Made by a program: the position numbers and the translations under genes. A DNA stretch of 64,000 nucleotides. It comes from an uncultured Candidatus Poseidoniales archaeon. GTDB taxonomy: Archaea; Thermoplasmatota; Poseidoniia; Poseidoniales; Thalassarchaeaceae. The first letter of the stretch is position 1. Each line of letters begins with the position of its first letter. This document shows positions 30,699 to 38,939 of this stretch, piece after piece. The notes below the pieces were generated by a model. That model was not told where the DNA came from, ran no database searches, and saw only the letters and a program-made list of their open reading frames with translations. The stretch spans positions 471 to 64,470 of the forward strand of contig CAXAFE010000010.1 in the NCBI GenBank assembly GCA_963968165.1, read 5' to 3'.

Positions 30699-31862
30699 AT
30701 GGAGGAGGAGAAAACGCCTAGTAGTGAAGATGGGAAAATAATAGAAGAGATTAGGCTAAGTGAAATAAAATTAGAATATAATCTATCAGATTTTAATAGA
30801 AAACTATCTCCTCTCGATGAAATTAGGAGAGGAATAATCTTTCAGGTTAGGATGATGAATAATTCATGGGGAATTAAAGAATTAACGATTGTAATTCTTG
30901 CATTTATGGCATATGTATTGGGATCTTGGGATATCGGCATTGGAGAGTTATCGCAGGGAGGTGATTTCAATAGAGTTGGAATATTCGGTAATGATAGTGG
31001 ATTTTTACAAATATCTGATTTTACTCTAATGTTATCCCTACTATCAATTATTTGTTGGATTGGAATTATAATTTCGATGTGGTCAGAATATCCCATTATG
31101 AGAGAGAATTTAGCATATTTACTAATAGGATCATTTGCAGTACAGTATGGATATATGTCAACACATGCAAAAAATCCATCTTTTCCATTCAATTCTAATT
31201 TTACTGATTTAGGTGGAATTATAATTGGGAATGTAATATTGTTTTTCTTGGCCATCATAGTAGTCCATAGGGCGGTAAGAGAGACTAGGGACATACATGT
31301 GCAGGAAAGGCATGCACATCCCGATCCAAGAGTTGTTGAAAAATCGTGGGAAGATCACAGCCTCAAGGCGTGGGATTTTGAAATGGGAATTTTAATTTTT
31401 ACCATTAATCTAATGTCATGGGCTGGATCACATGCCGTAGCAAGTAGAATGAATATGGAAAATGAGAGTCTTAATTACTTACTCATAGTCATATATGTAA
31501 TTTCAGGAATTGTGTCTGTTTTAGTTCTCTTAGTAATTATATGGTTTCCACATCTTATGTTAGGAGAAGTTGAAGATAGGATTCAATCGGTCAGGGCAAG
31601 AGAGGTTGCCGGAGAAAATATTGAGATTGCACCTATTGTTGAACAGGGAACATGCCCTATTTGCGGAGTCGAGACCGCATCGAAAAAATTCTCATCTGGA
31701 AAAATTGAGGTACCTTGTTTAGAAAAATCTTGCAAAGGAAAAGGAAGAATTGGAAATGATTGCGAAACATGTGGAGTGAAATTACCTACCAGATTAAAAT
31801 GTAATAGTTGTAATTCAAATACTCCGATAGACAGTCATTTTGAAAATCAGGAATCTTGGTGA
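30699..31862 (+). CDS. Membrane protein with C-terminal multi-zinc-ribbon region
   Basis: About 6 TM helices followed by CPIC, CLEKSC, CETC and CNSC. Confidence 0.75.
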   Translation: MEEEKTPSSEDGKIIEEIRLSEIKLEYNLSDFNRKLSPLDEIRRGIIFQVRMMNNSWGIKELTIVILAFMAYVLGSWDIGIGELSQGGDFNRVGIFGNDSGFLQISDFTLMLSLLSIICWIGIIISMWSEYPIMRENLAYLLIGSFAVQYGYMSTHAKNPSFPFNSNFTDLGGIIIGNVILFFLAIIVVHRAVRETRDIHVQERHAHPDPRVVEKSWEDHSLKAWDFEMGILIFTINLMSWAGSHAVASRMNMENESLNYLLIVIYVISGIVSVLVLLVIIWFPHLMLGEVEDRIQSVRAREVAGENIEIAPIVEQGTCPICGVETASKKFSSGKIEVPCLEKSCKGKGRIGNDCETCGVKLPTRLKCNSCNSNTPIDSHFENQESW

Positions 31863-31898
31863 GTCATTTATCAATTCAAATGTGTAGGTGGGAATTAA

Positions 31899-33014
31899 AT
31901 GGAAATTGATGATTACGAAAAAGAAAGTGAATCGGCATTTTACCTAATCACTTCTTTAGTTGCAATTCTTATTTCTTTATTGGTAGTTTCAGTTTCTTTC
32001 GTATATATCTGGCCTAGTATTGAGAATATTAGTTCAGGAGGTCCATCAGGGGCATTGATAATTTGGGAAGATGAATATAGAGAGATTTCAGGATTAAATA
32101 ACGTTGAGAATCTGAATGGTGATGGTGTTAGTATTTGCATAGTTGATTCGGGCATAGATATGGGGCATCCTGGATTTGAAGGTTTAGAAATTACAAAATG
32201 GAATGATTTTGTGAATAATCAAGCTACACCATATGATGACGAGGGCCACGGTACTGCAATGGCAGGAATAATAGTTGCTAGGAATGGTTTACAAGGAAAC
32301 GCACAAGGTGTGACTTTATTGGTTGCAAAGGCTATCGATGAACAAGGAACTGGCAATGATCAGACCATATCTCAATCTGTTGATTGGTGTGTTGATAATG
32401 GAGCACACATAATATCATTAAGTCTAGGAGGTGAACAGGGATTTGGTGCTGGTTTTTTTACTACTGATGCACTAGAACAATCAGTAGAAAATGCGATGGA
32501 TTCTGGAGTTTTCATTGTAGCTGCGGCCGGTAATGATGGAGAAGATGATGATGGAGACGTTGAATCTCCAGGATCTGTAGAAGATGTAATTTGTGTTGGA
32601 GGAGTAACTAGGGAAGGCAATATATGGTCAGGGAGTTCCATAGGAGATAATGATGGAAGATTATGGCCAAATCCGATATTTCCCAGAAATAACCCCGATA
32701 TGAAGCCTGAAATAATTGCACCTAGTCATGAAGTACCAATCCTAATGGCTGGTGGAATTGGCAATAATAATTGGTGGGGTTGGTCAAGTGGAACTTCTGC
32801 TGCGACCGCATGGGCCTCAGGTTCGTTGGCGCTTCTTTTGGAAGAATTCCCAGAATTACAGAGCCAAAATTCTAATGGCAGAGATGCCATTGAGGAAGTC
32901 AAAAATCTACTATCTGAAAATTCAAAAATGAAAGAGAATCAAAATGGGCATGATGATTACTATGGTTATGGTATAATGAGGATTGATTTGTTAATTGATT
33001 CCAAATCTTCATAA
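31899..33014 (+). CDS. Membrane-anchored S8 (subtilisin-like) serine peptidase
   Basis: Triad VDSG, HGTAMAG, GTSAAT; AAAGND oxyanion motif; N-terminal TM helix. Confidence 0.92.
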   Translation: MEIDDYEKESESAFYLITSLVAILISLLVVSVSFVYIWPSIENISSGGPSGALIIWEDEYREISGLNNVENLNGDGVSICIVDSGIDMGHPGFEGLEITKWNDFVNNQATPYDDEGHGTAMAGIIVARNGLQGNAQGVTLLVAKAIDEQGTGNDQTISQSVDWCVDNGAHIISLSLGGEQGFGAGFFTTDALEQSVENAMDSGVFIVAAAGNDGEDDDGDVESPGSVEDVICVGGVTREGNIWSGSSIGDNDGRLWPNPIFPRNNPDMKPEIIAPSHEVPILMAGGIGNNNWWGWSSGTSAATAWASGSLALLLEEFPELQSQNSNGRDAIEEVKNLLSENSKMKENQNGHDDYYGYGIMRIDLLIDSKSS

Positions 33015-33036
33015 AAATTTTCTGGAAGTAATTATT

Positions 33037-33825
33037 CTACATGGATTTACGAAGAACTACCAAGGTCCCTCCTGTAAGTTCGACAAAACCCAAAGAATTG
33101 TAAGTACTAAATTCTTTTATTGAGCTTATCCATCTGTTGAATCTAGTCACTTTTTCTTGTGCCTTACTCATATCTTTACCAGAAATTATATCTCCCACAT
33201 CCCCAGTTGGGACTTCGGGTTCTTGAACAATTACTATACCGCCGGGAGAAAGTAAATTTAGAGAAGATGATAGTGCATGAATACGCTCATCTTCTGGCAG
33301 ATCTATAATTATCAAATCAACAGGTAATGGAATAGAAAGAAATGGAGTACTATCTGATGAAGCTGCATTTGCAGCAAACCATGATGAACTTTCTGCTACA
33401 ATTTCTGACCAAGGATTTACAATTACTTTAGCCCATTTATCTGCATCATACCTACTAATTAAACGATTTATGATTATACTAAATTTACCACCCTCCTCAA
33501 TTATAGTAAATGATTCTGGACATAAATCATGTTCTTTTACTGAGGATTCTTGAGTCCATAAATCCAATAGCCATGCGGAAAGATGTCCGATTCCTCCACC
33601 AATAAGAATGACATTTTTCGCAGGAATTCTTGAACATATGTCTCGAATCCTTGCCCTTATTGATCTAGATAATGGTCTTAAGCCCATATGAATCATTTGT
33701 TCACCTATATTTGCTGCAACCTCAGGCTCATCTGAGCCCCTAGTTTCATCTTCAGAAAGTAACCTATCGAACATCTCTTTCTCAGACATTTGCGGTAAAC
33801 CAAAACCTCCGCCACCCACATCCAT
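33037..33825 (-). CDS. Divergent class I SAM-dependent methyltransferase-like protein
   Basis: NVILIGGGIG (motif I-like), VDLIIID and LLSPGGIVI. Confidence 0.6.
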   Translation of the reverse strand: MDVGGGGFGLPQMSEKEMFDRLLSEDETRGSDEPEVAANIGEQMIHMGLRPLSRSIRARIRDICSRIPAKNVILIGGGIGHLSAWLLDLWTQESSVKEHDLCPESFTIIEEGGKFSIIINRLISRYDADKWAKVIVNPWSEIVAESSSWFAANAASSDSTPFLSIPLPVDLIIIDLPEDERIHALSSSLNLLSPGGIVIVQEPEVPTGDVGDIISGKDMSKAQEKVTRFNRWISSIKEFSTYNSLGFVELTGGTLVVLRKSM

Positions 33826-33862
33826 ATTAACCGCTAGTAATTCAACTATTCAATTATCACTA

Positions 33863-34501
33863 TTGGATGGTTTGAATAGAAGTGAGTTATCCGCGAATGA
33901 TATGGGTGAACAGTATGATGATGATGATGTATCAGATGTAGCAAATTGTCCGGTATGTCTTGACATGACAGAGCATGATGTACTAAAAAGAACCAAGAAA
34001 GGAAAAGGAGAAGATATTTTAGCTAAATGTTTAGATTGTAATGATGTGCATCTATTACAATTGAGACCACCTTTGCCGATTTCTGTCAATACTACATTCT
34101 CAGAAGGAAAAATCAGTCAATCCGGAGTTATTGAAGTTGATAGTGATGAAGTAATAGCTGTTGGAGAAATATTTCAACATGATGGTGCTGATTGGGAAAT
34201 AACTAGAATTGATGATAAGATATCTAGGCCTAAAAAGAAACTTATTGCATGTGAAATATATGCAATGTGGGCAATAAGAACGGATAAGAAAATTATAAAA
34301 ATTACCATGACAGATGATGATTTTAGTAAGTCTTCAACCATTGAATCAAGTCCTGAAAAGATATTTTCATGCGGAACAATAATAGAAATTGATGAGAAAC
34401 GATGGAGGATAAGAGCAATTCACACAGGAAAGGGGCGAACTCTTAGAGGAAAGAGGGAAGCATCTGAAATAAAAAGAATCTATTTACATTCACCAGAATA
34501 A
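33863..34501 (+). CDS. Archaeal Zn-finger protein (HVO_0476-like)
   Basis: CPVC..TEHDVLK..KCLDC..VH; ends with ASEIKRIY. Confidence 0.8.
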   Translation: MDGLNRSELSANDMGEQYDDDDVSDVANCPVCLDMTEHDVLKRTKKGKGEDILAKCLDCNDVHLLQLRPPLPISVNTTFSEGKISQSGVIEVDSDEVIAVGEIFQHDGADWEITRIDDKISRPKKKLIACEIYAMWAIRTDKKIIKITMTDDDFSKSSTIESSPEKIFSCGTIIEIDEKRWRIRAIHTGKGRTLRGKREASEIKRIYLHSPE

Positions 34502-34502
34502 T

Positions 34503-35477
34503 TTATCTTTTGTTTGTCCATGGTAATAAGAAAGCTTTAGCTACATGCATAGCTATTTCTGGATTTTCTCTTAAACGGCGCATGCTATATTCATACCATC
34601 GGGACCCGTATGGGACATAAATTCTGGTTAAATGTCCTTCATGGGCTAATTTACGTCTTTTATCTCCTCTGACGCCGAGAAGAAATTGGAATTCATATCC
34701 ATTGCCTTTTCCATTGGATTTTGAATTAGAGTTTTTCCTAGGATCAATTAAATTTGGTCCCATACCTTGTTTTTCTAAAGATTCTAGGCTGTGCGTTAGA
34801 ACGGGATCATCATGTGAGGCAATAGCAGTATAGGCACCATTCTCCAACATTAAATCTATACAGAAATTAGTTGCATTAACAATATCCTGATAACTGGTAT
34901 GGGCTATTTGTTCAGATTCTAAATATATTCCTTTACATATCCTGAAATCTGAATACATATTGATTTTAGAACATATTGTCAATATATCGTTTTCAGTTCT
35001 AAATAATCTTGCCTGAAGCACAGTTCCAACATTCTTTAGGCCTGCGTCGTGCATATCATATACTAAATCAATAGTTGATTGGGTAACTCTATGATCTTCC
35101 ATATCAAGTCGAACAAAGATGTTATTTTTGGATGCTTTTTTTAGTAGTTCTTTAAGATTTAAATGCGCTCTATCTTTATCTATCAATAAACCCAATGCAG
35201 TTGGTTTAATTGAGATATTGGCATCTATTTTATTATCAATAATTGCATCTAATACTGCATTATACTCGTTGACGAAAAAAGATGCTTCGTCCATATTAAC
35301 TATTTCTTCACCAAGAACATCAATGGTAAAACAAGTATTTTTGGAACGTAGATTGTCCATTACGATTATAGCATCTTCTAGTTTATCTCCTGCAACATAT
35401 CTTTTAGATATCCATCGTACAAAAAATCTTGGAACGAACGGGAGAATTAAAACAATACCTCGGCCGAGTATCCTCAT
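34503..35477 (-). CDS. Monofunctional proline dehydrogenase
   Basis: RYVAG, IDVLGE, RLDMED, RICKGIY, IASHD, RIYVPYG and RRLRENP motifs. Confidence 0.93.
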   Translation of the reverse strand: MRILGRGIVLILPFVPRFFVRWISKRYVAGDKLEDAIIVMDNLRSKNTCFTIDVLGEEIVNMDEASFFVNEYNAVLDAIIDNKIDANISIKPTALGLLIDKDRAHLNLKELLKKASKNNIFVRLDMEDHRVTQSTIDLVYDMHDAGLKNVGTVLQARLFRTENDILTICSKINMYSDFRICKGIYLESEQIAHTSYQDIVNATNFCIDLMLENGAYTAIASHDDPVLTHSLESLEKQGMGPNLIDPRKNSNSKSNGKGNGYEFQFLLGVRGDKRRKLAHEGHLTRIYVPYGSRWYEYSMRRLRENPEIAMHVAKAFLLPWTNKR

Positions 35478-36454
35478 TAATTCCCTCCAAGGATACTAGA
35501 ACTTTTATTATTTTGGAGAAGAAGAATTTGTTTAGCTCTGTAAACAGGAATATTTTCATTATGTAAGTAGGAAATAATAGCATTCCTCTGCCATGATTTA
35601 AATGATTTACGATCTAAATATACAAAAATTTTCCCACCCGGAAATGCTTTTTTTGTTGCATTTATTGCATTTAAAATCGCAAATTGCCAAGGACCTGAGG
35701 GGTCTTTTTCATTAGTTTTTACGTCGAATTGCAATGAATAGTTTGCTAGAACATGGCCCAACCAAATATTTGTATTTGAAATAATTGACTTATGCCGTGG
35801 CGCGTAATGGCCGCCTCCAATACCCAGCATAACATCTCCATCTCCAGCCCAAACCCCAATAGGTTCATTTCCATCCAAGCCTAAGCATTTAGAAATAGTG
35901 AGAGCCCATACTGTAGCAGCATCTTTACGAATCCATTCCGATTCTGTAGAACCTATTTCAATATACAAGGTTGGTTTAGTTAAAGATGGGCCATGATGTG
36001 TCGTTTCTATAGTAATATCAAACTCTCTATCTAATCCATTTTCGGTAGCTATTATCTTTAATATTTTAAATAAGCTAGAAAATCTAGGCGACGGGGGTAC
36101 GACTTCTCCATTTATCCCTCCGGAGGAACCCGCTTCTCCAAGGGGCAGTATTCCTGGAAGTCCTATCGCATGAACAGATAATGCTGGAATTTCTGATTTT
36201 GAAACATGTCTAGACAAAATTAGAACTTCATCTACAATCTTGTTTACGTATTTTTCATGTATCATATCAACATTATCTGCATAAATATGATTTCTATCAT
36301 CGATTAATAGCATATGGACCTGGCGAAATTTATGTTCAAACAGAATTCCATGAGATAATTTTTTGGGTTTTGACCATGATCCCAATAATAAGATTTCATT
36401 ATGTAAATTCATAGATGCGGTGTCCTTTGTAGAACATACCAGCAGTGAGACCAT
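35477..36454 (-). CDS. dtdA: D-aminoacyl-tRNA deacylase (archaeal DTD2/GEK1)
   Basis: LSRH, LSVH, ETTHHGPS, YIEIGSTE and GGGHYAP motifs. Start at 36454 follows AGGAG. Confidence 0.92.
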   Translation of the reverse strand: MVSLLVCSTKDTASMNLHNEILLLGSWSKPKKLSHGILFEHKFRQVHMLLIDDRNHIYADNVDMIHEKYVNKIVDEVLILSRHVSKSEIPALSVHAIGLPGILPLGEAGSSGGINGEVVPPSPRFSSLFKILKIIATENGLDREFDITIETTHHGPSLTKPTLYIEIGSTESEWIRKDAATVWALTISKCLGLDGNEPIGVWAGDGDVMLGIGGGHYAPRHKSIISNTNIWLGHVLANYSLQFDVKTNEKDPSGPWQFAILNAINATKKAFPGGKIFVYLDRKSFKSWQRNAIISYLHNENIPVYRAKQILLLQNNKSSSILGGN

Positions 36455-36525
36455 ACAACTCCTATGAACCATAGAATTCAAACTTGACGGAAGCACATTC
36501 AAAGAGGGAGTGCGAATGGAGTATT

Positions 36526-37449
36526 ATGGTTAGTATTGAGTTGGACTTCACCCCTTCAATGGTTAATAGGAATAATTCTACTTCGGTTATAATTGGAAAT
36601 TCAGGAGAATTGATTAAATTAGATAAAAAACTAATAAAAAAGGAAAGAATGTCTAAGCCGTTTCCAACACCAATAGTTTCAGGAGTAATTTTTGATGACA
36701 TATGGGTCGGTATTTGGTTTGATAGAGAACTAAGGGATGCGAGGATGGCCGCGTTAAGTTTGAATGATGTTTGGTCAGATGGAATTGGAAGAGACGTGCT
36801 GAGGCTTAATTCATCATTAGATGACAATAAAATAATACCAGAATGTGCAATTTGGCAAAAAATACTGACTTCTGAACCTATGGCCCTATCTAAAATAGGG
36901 GAAAATATAGTATTTGCAATGATGAATAAAGGAATATATATGATTGATAAAAATGGAACAGAATTATGGAGAGAACACTATCCAATTTGGCCAGAAATTA
37001 ATATTCCACAAGATAGAAATCCAATTGTGAAAATAATTGAGGGAGATAATGGAATTATAATTTGGTCAGCCGGCGGAGGGATAATGGAATTAGATGATGA
37101 AAGGAATCTTAAAAGAAGTAGTTTCATAAAATTTAAAGATAAGATTACAGATATTAAATACGATAAAAAAGGAGGATGGTTTATCATTTTACATGGTAAA
37201 TCTATAGCCTTAATGCAAAATTTAGATCAGATACCAGTTGAAATCAAAACCCCAGGTCCAGTTATGGATGCCTGTTTCATGGAAAATGAATGGAAATGGA
37301 CTGGTTGGAGACACGATGGATCAGTAATTTTATCAGAATCAGGAGTTATTGAAAAATATTCTAATAAGATACGAGAAAATATCGGGATACACATTCATGA
37401 TGGCAAAATTATTACTAATGAAGGTGAATTAGAGAATCATTCTTCTTGA
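36526..37449 (+). CDS. Hypothetical protein (beta-rich)
   Basis: Long ORF divergent from dtdA; no recognisable motif. Confidence 0.7.
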   Translation: MVSIELDFTPSMVNRNNSTSVIIGNSGELIKLDKKLIKKERMSKPFPTPIVSGVIFDDIWVGIWFDRELRDARMAALSLNDVWSDGIGRDVLRLNSSLDDNKIIPECAIWQKILTSEPMALSKIGENIVFAMMNKGIYMIDKNGTELWREHYPIWPEINIPQDRNPIVKIIEGDNGIIIWSAGGGIMELDDERNLKRSSFIKFKDKITDIKYDKKGGWFIILHGKSIALMQNLDQIPVEIKTPGPVMDACFMENEWKWTGWRHDGSVILSESGVIEKYSNKIRENIGIHIHDGKIITNEGELENHSS

Positions 37450-37637
37450 TCGAGCCCTTTATATTTTTTCGGTGGATCGGAATAACCGCATTTTCCACAA
37501 ACTTTCCTATCGCTATGAATGCCAAGGAATACTCCTGGGCCACAAATTGGACAGAATTCTCCTTTTCTTACTAGAGAATCTCCCTCTACAGAATATTTAG
37601 AATGTTTTGATTGAGGATTTGGACTTCCATCTGGCAT
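37437..37637 (-). CDS. rps27ae: 30S ribosomal protein S27ae (eS31)
   Basis: CPICGPGVFL..H.DR..CGKCGY. Confidence 0.95.
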   Translation of the reverse strand: MPDGSPNPQSKHSKYSVEGDSLVRKGEFCPICGPGVFLGIHSDRKVCGKCGYSDPPKKYKGLDQEE

Positions 37638-37930
37638 TATTCATCAGCTCCAGCTTCAGTTACCTTATGGCGGTTCTTGACATATTCAGGTTCAATACTT
37701 GTATCTTTTTCTGATGAGTAAATTAATGCTAAACCAGTTGTTTTTGGCATACCGAACCTTGTATTTACATTTTTTATGTAAATCAATTCTTTCTTGCATC
37801 CTGGTTCTAATTTAACCACTGAGTTTATCATTTCAGCAAGAGATGGAGTTGGTGAATTTTCATGATTTAATGTGAATTGTATTTCCACTCTATTAAGTAG
37901 CGGGTTCTCTTTTCTATTAATTATTTCCAA
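37637..37930 (-). CDS. rps24e: 30S ribosomal protein S24e
   Basis: KENPLLNRVEI, TPS, TRFG..TTG.A.IY; conserved operon position. Confidence 0.93.
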   Translation of the reverse strand: MEIINRKENPLLNRVEIQFTLNHENSPTPSLAEMINSVVKLEPGCKKELIYIKNVNTRFGMPKTTGLALIYSSEKDTSIEPEYVKNRHKVTEAGADE

Positions 37931-37941
37931 ACTATCATCTC

Positions 37942-38145
37942 CTAACGAATATTAACTTTTAATGCATAATTTCCTGGTGCAGAAACATTTAATCTTTTTG
38001 CTATTTCCGAGCGAGACGGATGTAGAATTACAACAAAGCCTTGCCAGTCAGTTGTCACTGGTGCGTTGGGGCAGTGATTGCACTGCCCTATTCCATCATC
38101 CAAAATTCTATTACACTCGCCGCATGCAAATGGTATTTTGGCCAT
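37942..38145 (-). CDS. spt4: Transcription elongation factor Spt4 (RpoE'')
   Basis: ACGEC...CNHC...TDWQG.V...SEIAKRL...PG.YALKV. Confidence 0.93.
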   Translation of the reverse strand: MAKIPFACGECNRILDDGIGQCNHCPNAPVTTDWQGFVVILHPSRSEIAKRLNVSAPGNYALKVNIR

Positions 38146-38146
38146 T

Positions 38147-38695
38147 TTAATCACTCTCTGAAAGCCAGTCGAAACAACCTAGACCATCCATTTTACAATT
38201 TAAACCTATTTTACTTGATCTTGGGTCATTTTGGTTGATGGCCTTTGAAACTATTCTTGATCTGACGAATGAACCTTCGCTAAGTGATTTTCCTGTTTGG
38301 GCTCCTTCGATACGCCGGATCCCTAAATTTACTTGTATAGGTTCATCAAGAATCTGTGATTTATGCAATAATGCTTCGATTGGCCCTATTCTTACGAACG
38401 CGCCATATTCTGAGACTTCCGACACCGCTCCATCGACGACTTCGTTATTTTCCATTGTAAAAACTAATGCCTTAAATTTCACACTTTGGTAAATTGCTCC
38501 ATCACCATGGATTATTTTACCCCTACCTACTGTCTCATGATTGAATGTAACTAATGTATATTGTTCATTTTCATCAAATCGCCCTTCGAATGCCTCATGT
38601 GCAAGTTCGTCAATATGCTCCTCTAATTTGCGTCCTCGGCGAATATATTCTGCAGGGATACGAATAGTATCTTCTCTAGTTACGAGTCTGTACAT
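38147..38695 (-). CDS. rpo7: DNA-directed RNA polymerase subunit Rpo7 (E')
   Basis: GKIIHGDGA, S1 domain YGAFVRIGPIEALLHKSQI, KIGL...GLG. Confidence 0.95.
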   Translation of the reverse strand: MYRLVTREDTIRIPAEYIRRGRKLEEHIDELAHEAFEGRFDENEQYTLVTFNHETVGRGKIIHGDGAIYQSVKFKALVFTMENNEVVDGAVSEVSEYGAFVRIGPIEALLHKSQILDEPIQVNLGIRRIEGAQTGKSLSEGSFVRSRIVSKAINQNDPRSSKIGLNCKMDGLGCFDWLSESD

Positions 38696-38706
38696 TTTCT
38701 AAACCT

Positions 38707-38799
38707 CCAACTTGAGCACCCCTCTAAATTAGGCCAGAAGGTAAGAGGAAAATCCTCTCGTCCCTCATCGGCTTTGCCTCTAGAGGAGAGGTCAGTTGG
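38707..38799 (-). promoter_or_regulatory. Putative structured 5' leader (long hairpin) of the rpo7 operon
   Basis: Nested inverted repeats CCAACT/AGTTGG, CCTCTA/TAGAGG and AGAGGA/TCCTCT, plus G-U-extended stems on the minus strand. The 3' arm overlaps the GGAGG Shine-Dalgarno. Confidence 0.6.
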
Positions 38800-38939
38800 G
38801 CTGAGCGACCGGCACATCTCGTATAAGCACAACGGATGATAAGATAATTTGGGTTTCTGAATAACATACGCATACACTTCTCTACACAAACGTATAGTGC
38901 GAATGTTCAAGAAGATTTGGAAGCCCATGATAATTTCTA

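Noticed and set aside
38707-38799. Hairpin considered as hammerhead ribozyme, SRP RNA or C/D sRNA (contains CGAUGA and CUGA)
   Set aside because: No CUGAnGA...GAAA core in the right arrangement, no SRP helix-8 motif and too short, and the box order does not fit a canonical C/D guide.
38680-38928. 82-aa minus-strand ORF upstream of rpo7
   Set aside because: No protein-like features, out of frame with rpo7, and the region is better explained as promoter plus structured leader.
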